Of a DNA stretch of 34,911 nt, positions 7,138 to 15,799 are shown one piece after another. Both the position numbers and the translations under genes were made by a program. Origin of the DNA: Deltaproteobacteria bacterium. GTDB lineage: Bacteria; Myxococcota; Myxococcia; SLRQ01. How positions within the stretch are numbered: the stretch's first letter is position 1; each line of letters starts with the position of its first letter. The DNA lies in assembly GCA_007128675.1 (NCBI GenBank), contig SKWY01000299.1, positions 1 through 34,911 of the forward strand, written 5' to 3'. Under the pieces are notes generated by a model that saw only the letters and a program-made list of their open reading frames with translations, was not told the origin of the DNA and ran no database searches.

Positions 7138-8771
7138 GCGCCGTGGTCGAGAAGCTACACTCACGGATCGCCGAGGTGCTAGGTCGCCGTTTCGTGACCG
7201 ATGACGCCGAGCGCCTCGAGGCATACTCCAGGGATGCTTGGTCTCGGGTGTTTCTGGCTGCCCGGGAAGGTTGTTCGACCCCCTCTCCCGATCTCGTTGC
7301 CTGGCCGGCCGATGTCGAGCAGGTGGCGGCCATCATGGGTCTTGCCCGCCAGGCTGGGTGCCCCGTCGTCCCATACGGTGCCGGCAGCGGAGTGTGCGGC
7401 GGCACATATCTCTTGGATGGGGGGCTCATCATCGACCTGAAGCGAATCGATCATGTGGGAACGGTGGACCGGCAGGATCGGCTGGTGGAGGTCGGAGCTG
7501 GAGCCCTTGGAGAGCATTTCGAGCGACGTCTGGCGCTCCAGGGCTTCACCTGTGGACACTTTCCCTCCTCCATGTACTGCTCCACGGTAGGTGGCTGGCT
7601 GGCCGCTCGGAGTGCCGGCCAGATGAGCTCTCGTTACGGCAAGATCGAGGATATGGTCAGCGGCCTCACCTTCGTCGATGGTACGGCTCGAATACGGCGG
7701 CTAGGCGCCAGGCCGCGAGCCGGGGCCGGTCCGGATCTCATTCAAACCGTCGTGGGAAGTGAGGGAACTCTAGGCGCCGTGACCGATGCGGTCTTGCGGG
7801 TGCATAGGGCGCCGGCTGTACGAAGAATGCGTGGTGTTCTGATGCCATCGCTGGAATCCGGCGTCGAGGCGGTTCGTAAGATGTTTCAGGCTGGGCATCG
7901 TCCCGCCGTCGTGCGCCTCTACGATCCGCTGGACACGTTGGTCAACAAGGGCAAGGGCACGGATACGGGCGGCGGTGTCGTCTCCTTTCTTCGGCGGGGG
8001 CTCGGCAAGGCGCTGCCGAAGAGCGGTAAAGGTAACAAGAGGCGAACTCGGTCGGCAATCGTCGATGCCGTTTTGACTCGACCGAGGTTCTTCGGAGAGC
8101 TTCTCGATCGCGCGGCGGGCTCGTGCATGCTGGTTCTGGGTTCCGAGGGTCAAGATGCTAGACTGGTGGACTACGAAGCAAGAGAGATACTGAGTATCTC
8201 TCTTCGTCTAGGAGGCCTAGATCTCGGCGAGGCTCCCGGTGAGCACTGGCTCTCTCATCGCTACTCCGTGAGCTTCAAGCTCACCCCCGCCCTCGATATG
8301 GGACTTTTCGTGGACACCCTGGAAACCGCTGCCACCTGGGGGCGCGTCCTTGGGCTCTATCATGCCGTGCGTCAGGCGGTGCGCGAGCACGGCTTCGTCA
8401 TGGCTCATTTCTCTCACGCTTACGAGGAGGGGTGCTCGATCTACTTCACGCTGGCCGGTAGCGCGCCGGATCTGCAAGGAAGTGAGGAGGCCTACGATCG
8501 CTTGTGGCGGGCTGCCCTCGATGCCGTGGTGGCTGGAGGGGGCACAATCAGTCACCATCACGGCGTCGGCATGAGCAAGCAGGCTTTCATGCACAAGGAG
8601 CATGGAGAAGGAGGGATGGTGCTTCTGCGAGCGCTGAAAAAGGCCCTCGATCCCGACGGCATCATGAACCCGGGCAAGCTGGGTCTGGGCGGTGGACCAG
8701 AGCTTCCGGGAGCTCCCTGGAGGGTGACCCGAGCCGGCAGCGGCCGTGGCGGCTGGAAGGTGGCGGCATGA
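7134..8771 (+). CDS. FAD-linked oxidase (VAO/PCMH family), alkyl-DHAP-synthase-like large subunit
   Basis: 545 aa. FAD-binding segments (VVPYGAGSGVCGG, GSEGTLGAVTDAVLRV). The C-terminal ISHHHGVGMSK plus DPDGIMNPGKL match the AGPS HHH loop rather than the GEHGIG of GlcD/D-lactate dehydrogenases. ATGA overlap with the upstream gene. Confidence 0.8.
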   Translation: MSAVVEKLHSRIAEVLGRRFVTDDAERLEAYSRDAWSRVFLAAREGCSTPSPDLVAWPADVEQVAAIMGLARQAGCPVVPYGAGSGVCGGTYLLDGGLIIDLKRIDHVGTVDRQDRLVEVGAGALGEHFERRLALQGFTCGHFPSSMYCSTVGGWLAARSAGQMSSRYGKIEDMVSGLTFVDGTARIRRLGARPRAGAGPDLIQTVVGSEGTLGAVTDAVLRVHRAPAVRRMRGVLMPSLESGVEAVRKMFQAGHRPAVVRLYDPLDTLVNKGKGTDTGGGVVSFLRRGLGKALPKSGKGNKRRTRSAIVDAVLTRPRFFGELLDRAAGSCMLVLGSEGQDARLVDYEAREILSISLRLGGLDLGEAPGEHWLSHRYSVSFKLTPALDMGLFVDTLETAATWGRVLGLYHAVRQAVREHGFVMAHFSHAYEEGCSIYFTLAGSAPDLQGSEEAYDRLWRAALDAVVAGGGTISHHHGVGMSKQAFMHKEHGEGGMVLLRALKKALDPDGIMNPGKLGLGGGPELPGAPWRVTRAGSGRGGWKVAA

Positions 8772-10000
8772 GTCTCATCCAAGACCTCGAAGGAGTGGGG
8801 CTCGGGCTGTCGAAGGGCCAAGACGGGGCCATCAAGGCATACCCCCTCGATGCCGAAGAAGTGCAGGCTCTCGTGCGAACATGCAGGAGGGCCAAGGAGC
8901 ATGTCCTCTTGGAGATAGACGGCTTGCCTCCTACACCTCTTTGGGCGCCTCAAGAGGGCATGGCCTTCTCGTCCGCCGACGAAGAGACCCGAGTATGCGT
9001 CGATCTAGGCAAGATGAAGGCCGTTGCCCTGGATCGCGAAAGCCATCTCGTCAATGCCTTTGCCGGCATTTCCGTAAGTGATCTGGAGGAATACGTCTCG
9101 GAGCACGGCTTCACGTTGGGGCTCCAGGATCCTCCGGCTCTTGCCGTCGGTGCCTGGCTTGCCTTGAATGAGCCTGGGCCGGGATCGCGGCTGGCGTTTC
9201 CTGGATGGAGTCCCGTGGCCGCGGTGGAAGCGGTCCTTTTGGAAGGGAGCCTGATTCGAACCTCTCGTGTCCCCCGAAGCGCCACCGGACCGGACCCAAA
9301 GGCCCTGCTGATCGGGGGGAAGGGGCGTTTGGGAGTGATTACTCGCGTTACGCTAAGAATGTACCCGGCGGCCCGGGGCAAGAGAATCGTGATGGCCTTT
9401 GCCGACGCCGCCGACGCTGTGGGCGCGGTCATCGAAGCGCTTGGCCAGGACCTCGTTCCCGATGCCTTTGGGCTGCTCGATGGCGGGATTTCCGAGAGCG
9501 TGCTTGCCTGGGAGGTTCGAGGCGATCCGGGGCGGGTAGCTCGAGTGTCTCTGGCAATCGACGAGGTGGCGGCCTTGAACGGGGGGCGCCGCTTGGCCTC
9601 CATCGTGCGGGAGCCGGGGGCCCAAGGCGAGATGCTCAAAGAGCCTGAAGTGCCCGGCCTTGGCGATCTAGGGGCTGCCGGCCCGGTCGAGGTGCGGGCC
9701 GCCGCCGCGCGAAGGGCAGGGCGTAGGCCCGAGCCTTCGGTAGCGATAGGGTTTGGAGCCAGATGGTCCAGGATCGTCCTCGTTAGGCGGGCGCTCATAA
9801 ACGAACTGGGAGGGAGCGTAAGGCTCCACCTCGAGAAGGCTCTGCCGGAGGGGGGCATGGGGATAGCTTGTGTCGATTCCGAGAACTCTCCAAGGGCGCG
9901 TGACATCATAAGGCAGGCAGGTGGTTTTCCCGTGGGTGACGAAGAGTCCGAGAGCTGGATAGAAGGCGTCGCCGGCACCCTTCTAGGAGAGGCCCCATGA
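8768..10000 (+). CDS. Divergent FAD-binding PCMH-domain protein (GlcE-like second subunit)
   Basis: The ATG at 8768 overlaps the upstream stop (ATGA). The segment GPDPKALLIGGKGRLGVITRVTLRMYP matches the FAD_binding_4 core. The N-terminal FAD motif looks degenerate. The 8504 start in the ORF track is an out-of-frame overlap artefact. Confidence 0.6.
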   Translation: MSLIQDLEGVGLGLSKGQDGAIKAYPLDAEEVQALVRTCRRAKEHVLLEIDGLPPTPLWAPQEGMAFSSADEETRVCVDLGKMKAVALDRESHLVNAFAGISVSDLEEYVSEHGFTLGLQDPPALAVGAWLALNEPGPGSRLAFPGWSPVAAVEAVLLEGSLIRTSRVPRSATGPDPKALLIGGKGRLGVITRVTLRMYPAARGKRIVMAFADAADAVGAVIEALGQDLVPDAFGLLDGGISESVLAWEVRGDPGRVARVSLAIDEVAALNGGRRLASIVREPGAQGEMLKEPEVPGLGDLGAAGPVEVRAAAARRAGRRPEPSVAIGFGARWSRIVLVRRALINELGGSVRLHLEKALPEGGMGIACVDSENSPRARDIIRQAGGFPVGDEESESWIEGVAGTLLGEAP

Positions 10001-11337
10001 CGGCCAAGCAGAACCCGCGCGCCATGGACGAGAAGGGGGCCGATTCGGGGCCCACAGGTCTTCTCGGTCTCCACGATAAGGCACAGCGATACTGCAACCT
10101 TTGCCCCCGTCTGTGCCACCACAGCTGTCCTGTCTCGAACGCCGAACGAGACGAGACCGTCACTCCAGGACACAAGAACGCTTTGGCAGGCAGGGTGGCC
10201 CGTGCCATCAGACCCCTGGATGAAGAAGCGGCCGACATCTTCTACAAATGCGTCAACTGTGGCCTGTGCACGACGGTCTGCCAGCACGAAAACGATGTCT
10301 CCGAGAGCCTGCTCTCGGCTCGTGCTGTGGCTGTTCGAGCAGGGCTCGAGGCGCCGGCGCTGGCCGAGCTTCGAAGGAGTTTCCATAGTTTCGGAAACGC
10401 TTGGCTCGAGGATCTTCGGCCCAGGCTTCGGGATTTGGTCCCAAAGGATCTTCGGGTAGGTGATGGCGCCGCTAATCATGCCGGGCTTGGTGGTCGAGAA
10501 AGAGGCGCGGGGCGTTCGAGAAGGAAGCTTCGGGTGTACTGGCCCGGCTGCGCGGCGGTTGCGCGCCGGCCTGATCTGGTCTCCTTGACCCTCGAGGTCC
10601 TCGGCCGGCTTGGTGAGGGGGACGTCAAGGTCTATTGCGGCGATGAGGCGCAATGCTGCGGCTATCCTCTGCTCGCTGCCGGACAGCACGACGCATTCGT
10701 CGATCAAGCTAGGAAGGCCTCTCGTGCTTTGTCGGGCGCCGATGTCATCTTCACTGCCTCGCCAGAGTGCGCGTGGACCTTTGCCGTTGCGTGGCCGCGC
10801 CGCGCCGGCTTGGAGCCCCCAGCGAGGCACGTCGGCCATGTGGTCGATCTGCTCTTGCCCGCCGTCGAGCGTGCTCCGATGCAGAGCCCCCTCGACTTGG
10901 ATGTCGTCTATCACGACCCCTGCTACCTGGGGCGCTTTCTTGGCCGCTTCGATGAGCCTCGAAGCATTTTGAAGCGCCTGCTCCAGCGGCCGCCGGTGGA
11001 AGCCGGATCCTGGATTCGAGACGAGGGGTACTGCTGCGGTGCTGGCGGGGGGCTCGAAATTACGAGCCCCGACACCTCCCTTTCGATAGCTCGTGCCCGC
11101 GCCGGTCATCTTCTTGGGGTGACGACGGGGCCTCCCGGGGAGCCGGCGAGCCAGGCAGAGTTAGCTCGGGCTTCCAAGAATAGGCATATAGCCACCGCTT
11201 GCACCCGGTGCTCGATTCAGTTTGGTGAAGTCGGCGCCAGCGCCGTGGATATCGTGGAGCTTCTGGCTCGTTACCTTGGGATCGAAGGCGCCGCCAATCA
11301 TCCACGGCTAGAGGACGAGAGAGGAGGAGGCCTGTGA
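9997..11337 (+). CDS. Fe-S oxidoreductase with two 4Fe-4S motifs and two CCG domains (GlcF/GlpC/HdrD-like)
   Basis: Cys motifs CNLCPRLCHHSCP and CVNCGLCTTVCQ, followed by CCG motifs CCGYPL and YCCGAGGG. ATGA overlap with the upstream gene. Confidence 0.8.
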   Translation: MTAKQNPRAMDEKGADSGPTGLLGLHDKAQRYCNLCPRLCHHSCPVSNAERDETVTPGHKNALAGRVARAIRPLDEEAADIFYKCVNCGLCTTVCQHENDVSESLLSARAVAVRAGLEAPALAELRRSFHSFGNAWLEDLRPRLRDLVPKDLRVGDGAANHAGLGGRERGAGRSRRKLRVYWPGCAAVARRPDLVSLTLEVLGRLGEGDVKVYCGDEAQCCGYPLLAAGQHDAFVDQARKASRALSGADVIFTASPECAWTFAVAWPRRAGLEPPARHVGHVVDLLLPAVERAPMQSPLDLDVVYHDPCYLGRFLGRFDEPRSILKRLLQRPPVEAGSWIRDEGYCCGAGGGLEITSPDTSLSIARARAGHLLGVTTGPPGEPASQAELARASKNRHIATACTRCSIQFGEVGASAVDIVELLARYLGIEGAANHPRLEDERGGGL

Positions 11338-12266
11338 AGAAGGACGCCTATCGTACCTTCCTCATCGTCAATCCCCGCTCCGGCGGTGGGTTCGCGGGAC
11401 GTCGTTTCGAACGCATCGCCGAACACGTAGAGGCAGCCGTAGGCGACTTTGGGCATGCGCTCACTTCGGGTCCCGGCGATGCCACGAGGATAGCTCGAGA
11501 AGCCATCGAGAAGGGCTTCGAGATGATCGTTGCCGTCGGTGGGGATGGCACTTTCAACGAGGTAGTCAACGGGTTCTTCGAGAAAGGCGAGCCGCTCAAT
11601 CCGGAGGCTGTGTTCGGAGTCATTCCCCGTGGAACCGGCGGAGACCTGCGGCGCACTCTTGGAGTGCCAAAGGATCTTCGCCAGGCCTCCGCTCTCTTGA
11701 GCGGACGAAGGGTCAAGACAGTGGACGTTGGTCACGTTTCCTTCGTTTCCCACGATGGAAAGGAGGCGGAGCGGGTCTTCATCAATATCGCTTCCTTTGG
11801 GGTCAGCGGTCTGGTCGTCGATCGCGTCAACGGCGCCAGCAAGATCCTGGGCGGCAAGGCTTCCTTCATGATCGGATCGGTGAAGGCCTTGCTCCAGTAC
11901 AGGGATCAAGAAGTCACCGTCACCATGGACGATGGCCGGAGGGTGACCGGGCCCGTCACTTGTGTTGCCGTCTGTAATGGCCAGTACTTCGGCGGTGGCA
12001 TGAGAGTGGCTCCCTCGGCCAGGATGGACGACGGCCTCTTCGACGTCACCACCTGGGTCGGCTTCTCCCTCAAGGACTTCGCCGTGAGCTCGCGCATGCT
12101 ATACGACGGCAGTCACATCGAGGATCCGAGAACGCGAGCCGGGCACGCCAAAGTGCTTCGCGCCGATAGCGAGGAGAAGGTGCTCTTGGACATAGACGGG
12201 GAGCAGCCAGGCCATCTGCCCGTGACGATTCGTCTCTTACCCTCTACTCTCAAACTGAAGTGCTGA
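11334..12266 (+). CDS. Diacylglycerol-kinase-family lipid kinase (YegS/BmrU/Rv2252 type)
   Basis: 310 aa. DAGK catalytic domain motifs are present (FLIVNPRSGGG, VAVGGDGTFNEVVNG, VIPRGTGGDL). GTGA overlap with the upstream gene. Confidence 0.85.
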   Translation: MKKDAYRTFLIVNPRSGGGFAGRRFERIAEHVEAAVGDFGHALTSGPGDATRIAREAIEKGFEMIVAVGGDGTFNEVVNGFFEKGEPLNPEAVFGVIPRGTGGDLRRTLGVPKDLRQASALLSGRRVKTVDVGHVSFVSHDGKEAERVFINIASFGVSGLVVDRVNGASKILGGKASFMIGSVKALLQYRDQEVTVTMDDGRRVTGPVTCVAVCNGQYFGGGMRVAPSARMDDGLFDVTTWVGFSLKDFAVSSRMLYDGSHIEDPRTRAGHAKVLRADSEEKVLLDIDGEQPGHLPVTIRLLPSTLKLKC

Positions 12267-12287
12267 CCGTGGTGCTGCCTTCCGCGG

Positions 12288-12959
12288 CTAGCTCGTGGCC
12301 TGAAGGAAGGCAGCTGCGGCGGCTTGGGGAGAGTCGGATGCGATCACGGCCCTTATGAAGGCCACGCCGGCTGCCCCGGCTTCCAGCATTTGGCGGGCGA
12401 GCCTAGGGCAGGTCACTCCGCCGAGGGCGTAGACGGGAAACCTCTGTCCCTCCCTCGTGCGGATACTGGTCGCGGCCTCCAGCGCCTTGATTCCGACCGG
12501 GGGGCCGAACCTGCGCTTGCTGGGAGTATCAAGAACGGGCCCAAAGGTGACATAGCTGGCACCGGCCTCGGCGGCCGTTCGAACCTCCTCGAGGCTATGG
12601 GTCGAGACCCCAATCGTTGCCGATTCTCCCAGGAGAGTGCGGGCTATGTCGGGCGGTAGGCCCGAGGAAGGGAGGTGGACGCCATCGGTCTCAAGGGCCA
12701 GAGCGATGTCGACCCGGTCGTTCACGAGAACTGGTGCTCCCGCGGTTTTGGCAACCTTTCCCACACGGGCTACCAGATCGTGAAGCTGACGTGCCGACAG
12801 ATCCTTTTCCCGTACCATTACGGCCATCTGGCCCGAAGATGCGCCCAAGACGGCCTGCCGTATCGCCTCCACGAGGGCGCGGGTTCGATCGCCGTCGTGA
12901 GCCCGCAGGGCATTGCGGTCGGTAATCAGCAGGAGCCTGAAGCCTGGGGGGGTCGGCAC
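12288..12959 (-). CDS. thiE: Thiamine-phosphate synthase
   Basis: 223 aa. Motifs LLLITDR, VNDRVDIALA, DGVHL, GVSTHS and YALGGV are present. GTG start lies 6 nt after the thiG stop. Confidence 0.9.
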   Translation of the reverse strand: MPTPPGFRLLLITDRNALRAHDGDRTRALVEAIRQAVLGASSGQMAVMVREKDLSARQLHDLVARVGKVAKTAGAPVLVNDRVDIALALETDGVHLPSSGLPPDIARTLLGESATIGVSTHSLEEVRTAAEAGASYVTFGPVLDTPSKRRFGPPVGIKALEAATSIRTREGQRFPVYALGGVTCPRLARQMLEAGAAGVAFIRAVIASDSPQAAAAAFLQATS

Positions 12960-12965
12960 TCTGAC

Positions 12966-13772
12966 TCAAACTCCAATGCGCCCTTCGATTGGGCTAGAGG
13001 CGGTGGCGTAGAGCTTCATAGGTATCCTGCCCGACAAGTAAGCCTCTCGGCCGGCCTCGACGGCGAGTCGCATGGCCCTGGCCATGCGCACGGGATCGTC
13101 CGCTCCCGCAATGGCAGTGTTCATGAGCACCGCATCGCATCCCAGCTCCATGGCCACCGCGGCATCGGAGGCCGTTCCCACGCCGGCATCCACGATGACC
13201 GGCACTGTTGCCTGCTCCAGAATGATGCGAAGATTGTAGGGGTTGCGGATGCCGAGCCCCGATCCTATCGGAGCGGCCAGCGGCATGACGGCATGACAGC
13301 CGATATCCTGGAGCTGCCGGCATACGATGGGATCATCGGTGCAGTAAGGCAGAACGGTGAACCCTTCCTTCAGAAGGATCTCGGCGGCCTGGAGGGTGAG
13401 CTGATTGTCCGGAAAGAGCGTTTGATCATCGCCAATCACCTCGAGCTTGACGAGGTCACCCATGGATGCCTCGCGGGCGAGCCTGGCGGTTCGAACCGCT
13501 TCATCCACGGTGAAGCAGGCAGCGGTGTTTGGCAGAAGGGTCATGTTCGAAGGCAACCAGTTCAAAAGGTTCTCATCACCCTGTGCCGAAAGATCGATTC
13601 GTCTGACCGCGACGGTAACCATGTCGGCTCCCGATGCCTCCATGGCATCGCGCATCGTTCGAAAATCCTTGTACTTGCCGGTGCCGACGATAAGGCGGCT
13701 GTTGATTGTGTGGGCCCCTACCCGTAGGGCCCTTTCATTGGGGTTGGTACCGCTATCGAAAGGCATCTTCAT
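12966..13772 (-). CDS. thiG: Thiazole synthase
   Basis: 268 aa from MKMPFDSG. Typical ThiG core ([43 protein letters not shown]). The ATG overlaps the thiS stop (ATGA). The longer 406-aa ORF is an upstream extension through thiS in another frame. Confidence 0.95.
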   Translation of the reverse strand: MKMPFDSGTNPNERALRVGAHTINSRLIVGTGKYKDFRTMRDAMEASGADMVTVAVRRIDLSAQGDENLLNWLPSNMTLLPNTAACFTVDEAVRTARLAREASMGDLVKLEVIGDDQTLFPDNQLTLQAAEILLKEGFTVLPYCTDDPIVCRQLQDIGCHAVMPLAAPIGSGLGIRNPYNLRIILEQATVPVIVDAGVGTASDAAVAMELGCDAVLMNTAIAGADDPVRMARAMRLAVEAGREAYLSGRIPMKLYATASSPIEGRIGV

Positions 13773-13969
13773 CCTCCACCGATGAAGGAGACGATCTCTA
13801 TCGTGTCTCCTGGCTCGACCGGCGTTTTGTCGTGGGCTGTTTTCGGGACTATGGTGCGGTTCTTTTCCACTGCCACGCGGCTGCTGCGAACGTCTAGATG
13901 AGTGAGCAGATCGGAGATCGTAAGGCCCGCGGGTATTGAGCGGGGCTCCCCATTTATTCTGACATCCAT
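13769..13969 (-). CDS. thiS: Sulfur-carrier protein ThiS
   Basis: 66 aa from MDVRINGE, ending in the ubiquitin-like ...FIGGG C-terminus. An in-frame upstream extension to 14077 is possible but atypical. Confidence 0.85.
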   Translation of the reverse strand: MDVRINGEPRSIPAGLTISDLLTHLDVRSSRVAVEKNRTIVPKTAHDKTPVEPGDTIEIVSFIGGG

Positions 13970-14097
13970 TGATTGATTGGCATCGGCCGCCGGGGACCTC
14001 GTCTCTCGATCCGAGGGAGGGGTTCCAGTGGCCATCGAATCTGTCTGAACCTGGTTGCTCGTGCGATGTATGGTCATCTTCTGTAAGCTCGAAATGT

Positions 14098-15435
14098 TCA
14101 GAGGGGAAGGTCGAGGTCTTTGGACATGGCCTCTTCGATCTCTTCCACGGTAATCGGCAAGCCGGCCGAGAGCACCTCATGACCATCGGATGTGACGAGC
14201 ACGTCGTCCTCGATTCGAATGCCTATGCCTCGAAGATCCGCCGGCACGGTCTCATCATCCTTGGGTAGATAGATGCCCGGCTCCACCGTCAGCGCCATCC
14301 CCGGCTCTAGCGGGCGATAAACCTTCTCTTTCTCCAGGTAACGCCCGACGTCATGTACGTCCATGCCTAGCCAGTGGCCGGTGCGATGCATGTAGTAGGG
14401 TTTGTAGGCTTCCTTCTCGATCAGCTCCTCGATGTCGCCATCCAGAACGGCCAAGGATACAAGTCCCTCGGTGAGGCTCCTTACGGCGGCCACGTGAGGT
14501 GCGTCGCATGGTGCCTTCGGCCGGATCGCGTCTACAGCTTTTCTGTGGGCCGCAAGCACGACCTCGTAGACATCCTTCTGGCGAGGCGTGAAGCGACCGG
14601 ATATGGGCATCGTCCTCGTGATGTCTCCGCTGTATCCTTGCACGAGGGCGCCTGCGTCTACGAGTAGCAGCTCACCCTCTCGAAGGGTGGAGCCGCTGTC
14701 CGTGTAATGAAGAATGCAAGCGTTGCTTCCCGAAGCCGCGACGGTCTCATAACTAACTCCCTCGGCTCCGTGTCGTCTGAATACGTACTCGAGGACCGCT
14801 GCAACGTCTCTTTCCAATACCCCTTCGCGGACGAAATGCATCACCGCGAGGTGGCCCTGGCAGGTCACCTGCACAGCTCGCCGCAAACACTCGACCTCCT
14901 GGGGGGATTTGATTAGCCGGTGCTCGTGCAAGACCGTCGCCAAATCGATGGTGGCGTAGGGCACCCGCACTCCGTCACGGGTTCCCATCCGCAGACTACG
15001 GAGCACCGAGTCTATGGAACGATCGAGATCGGGGCGTCGGCCAGAGAAGTAGTAGAGGGCATCGTAGCCTCGCAATAGCTCGGGCAGAGCGGGCTCCAGC
15101 TCCTGAATCGTCTTGGCTTCATCAGCTCCGAAGACTGTCTTGGCCTCGTCGGTGCCGTGGCGGCGGCCCGTCCAAGTCTCGGCCTCCGGGTTTCGGGGGA
15201 GAACGAACAAGGTGAAGGGGTGCTCTTGCCCGGGCCTTAGGACGGCTACGGCCTGGGGCTCCGGAAAACCGGTCAGGTAACGAAAGTCGGCGTCCTGATG
15301 GAAAGGATAATCCACATCATTGCTTCGTCGCACGAGTGTAGCGGCGGGCACGATTGCCATGCCTCGTCCGTGTTTCGTGTCAGCGATGGCCTCGAGCAAG
15401 CGCTCGCGCCGTCGGCGATGAACATCCTTCGCCAT
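14098..15435 (-). CDS. pepP: Xaa-Pro aminopeptidase (M24B)
   Basis: 445 aa. Metal-ligand motifs are present ([35 protein letters not shown]). Confidence 0.9.
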   Translation of the reverse strand: MAKDVHRRRRERLLEAIADTKHGRGMAIVPAATLVRRSNDVDYPFHQDADFRYLTGFPEPQAVAVLRPGQEHPFTLFVLPRNPEAETWTGRRHGTDEAKTVFGADEAKTIQELEPALPELLRGYDALYYFSGRRPDLDRSIDSVLRSLRMGTRDGVRVPYATIDLATVLHEHRLIKSPQEVECLRRAVQVTCQGHLAVMHFVREGVLERDVAAVLEYVFRRHGAEGVSYETVAASGSNACILHYTDSGSTLREGELLLVDAGALVQGYSGDITRTMPISGRFTPRQKDVYEVVLAAHRKAVDAIRPKAPCDAPHVAAVRSLTEGLVSLAVLDGDIEELIEKEAYKPYYMHRTGHWLGMDVHDVGRYLEKEKVYRPLEPGMALTVEPGIYLPKDDETVPADLRGIGIRIEDDVLVTSDGHEVLSAGLPITVEEIEEAMSKDLDLPL

Positions 15436-15799
15436 GCGGCGATGAAGTTAGCGCAGCATCGATTGCTCCGCAAGCCAGGACTTCGCATGCGGGACTTCGC
15501 TCGAGAAGTCCCCTAATCGTTCCAATGGCTTGGCGGTAGGCCTGATTGGCTCGTGTTCTGACGCATCCAAAGGAAGTGAGCTGTCCAATCGTCGCTGCAT
15601 TGCGTCCTCTTTGCCGACCGGGCGGGCGGCTGCGGCCTCACCTCTTGAAGAAGAACGCCGGGTAGCGGCCCGCGTGACGCAGCCCCCATCGCCCTCGCGA
15701 CGGGCTCCTTGCAGGCTCGGTTTGGACCAGCAAGCTTTGGTCCGGGACAGGCTTCAGGTAGTGTGAAGAAGTACGCCAAGAAAAATAGGGAGGGTAGGC

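Noticed and set aside
8504-8767. Upstream extension of the GlcE-like ORF (498-aa version)
   Set aside because: It overlaps the well-supported C-terminus of the AGPS-like gene in a different frame and is Arg/Gly-rich. The ATG at 8768 gives the same ATGA coupling seen at every other junction in the operon.
8950-11109. 719-aa ORF on the minus strand, the longest ORF in this part of the window
   Set aside because: It lies antisense to two plus-strand genes with clear FAD-binding and Fe-S/CCG motifs. Its translation is low-complexity and rich in Pro, Arg, Ser and Ala, with no motif. Long antisense ORFs are expected in GC-rich DNA because stop codons are AT-rich.
12675-13727. 350-aa plus-strand ORF across thiE/thiG
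   Set aside because: It is antisense to the unambiguous ThiG and ThiE coding sequences and has no recognisable domain. This is a GC-rich antisense artefact.
13970-14097. Possible TPP riboswitch upstream of thiS
   Set aside because: The conserved CUGAGA and ACCUGAUCUGG...CCAGCG elements are not present in the correct order on the coding strand. A GAACCTGG segment occurs only on the opposite strand. This needs cmsearch to be definitive.
13773-14186. 138-codon N-terminal extension of the thiG ORF (406-aa version)
   Set aside because: The extension overlaps thiS in another frame and is Arg/Ser/Pro-rich. The ThiG homology starts at MKMPFDSG, whose ATG forms an ATGA overlap with the thiS stop.
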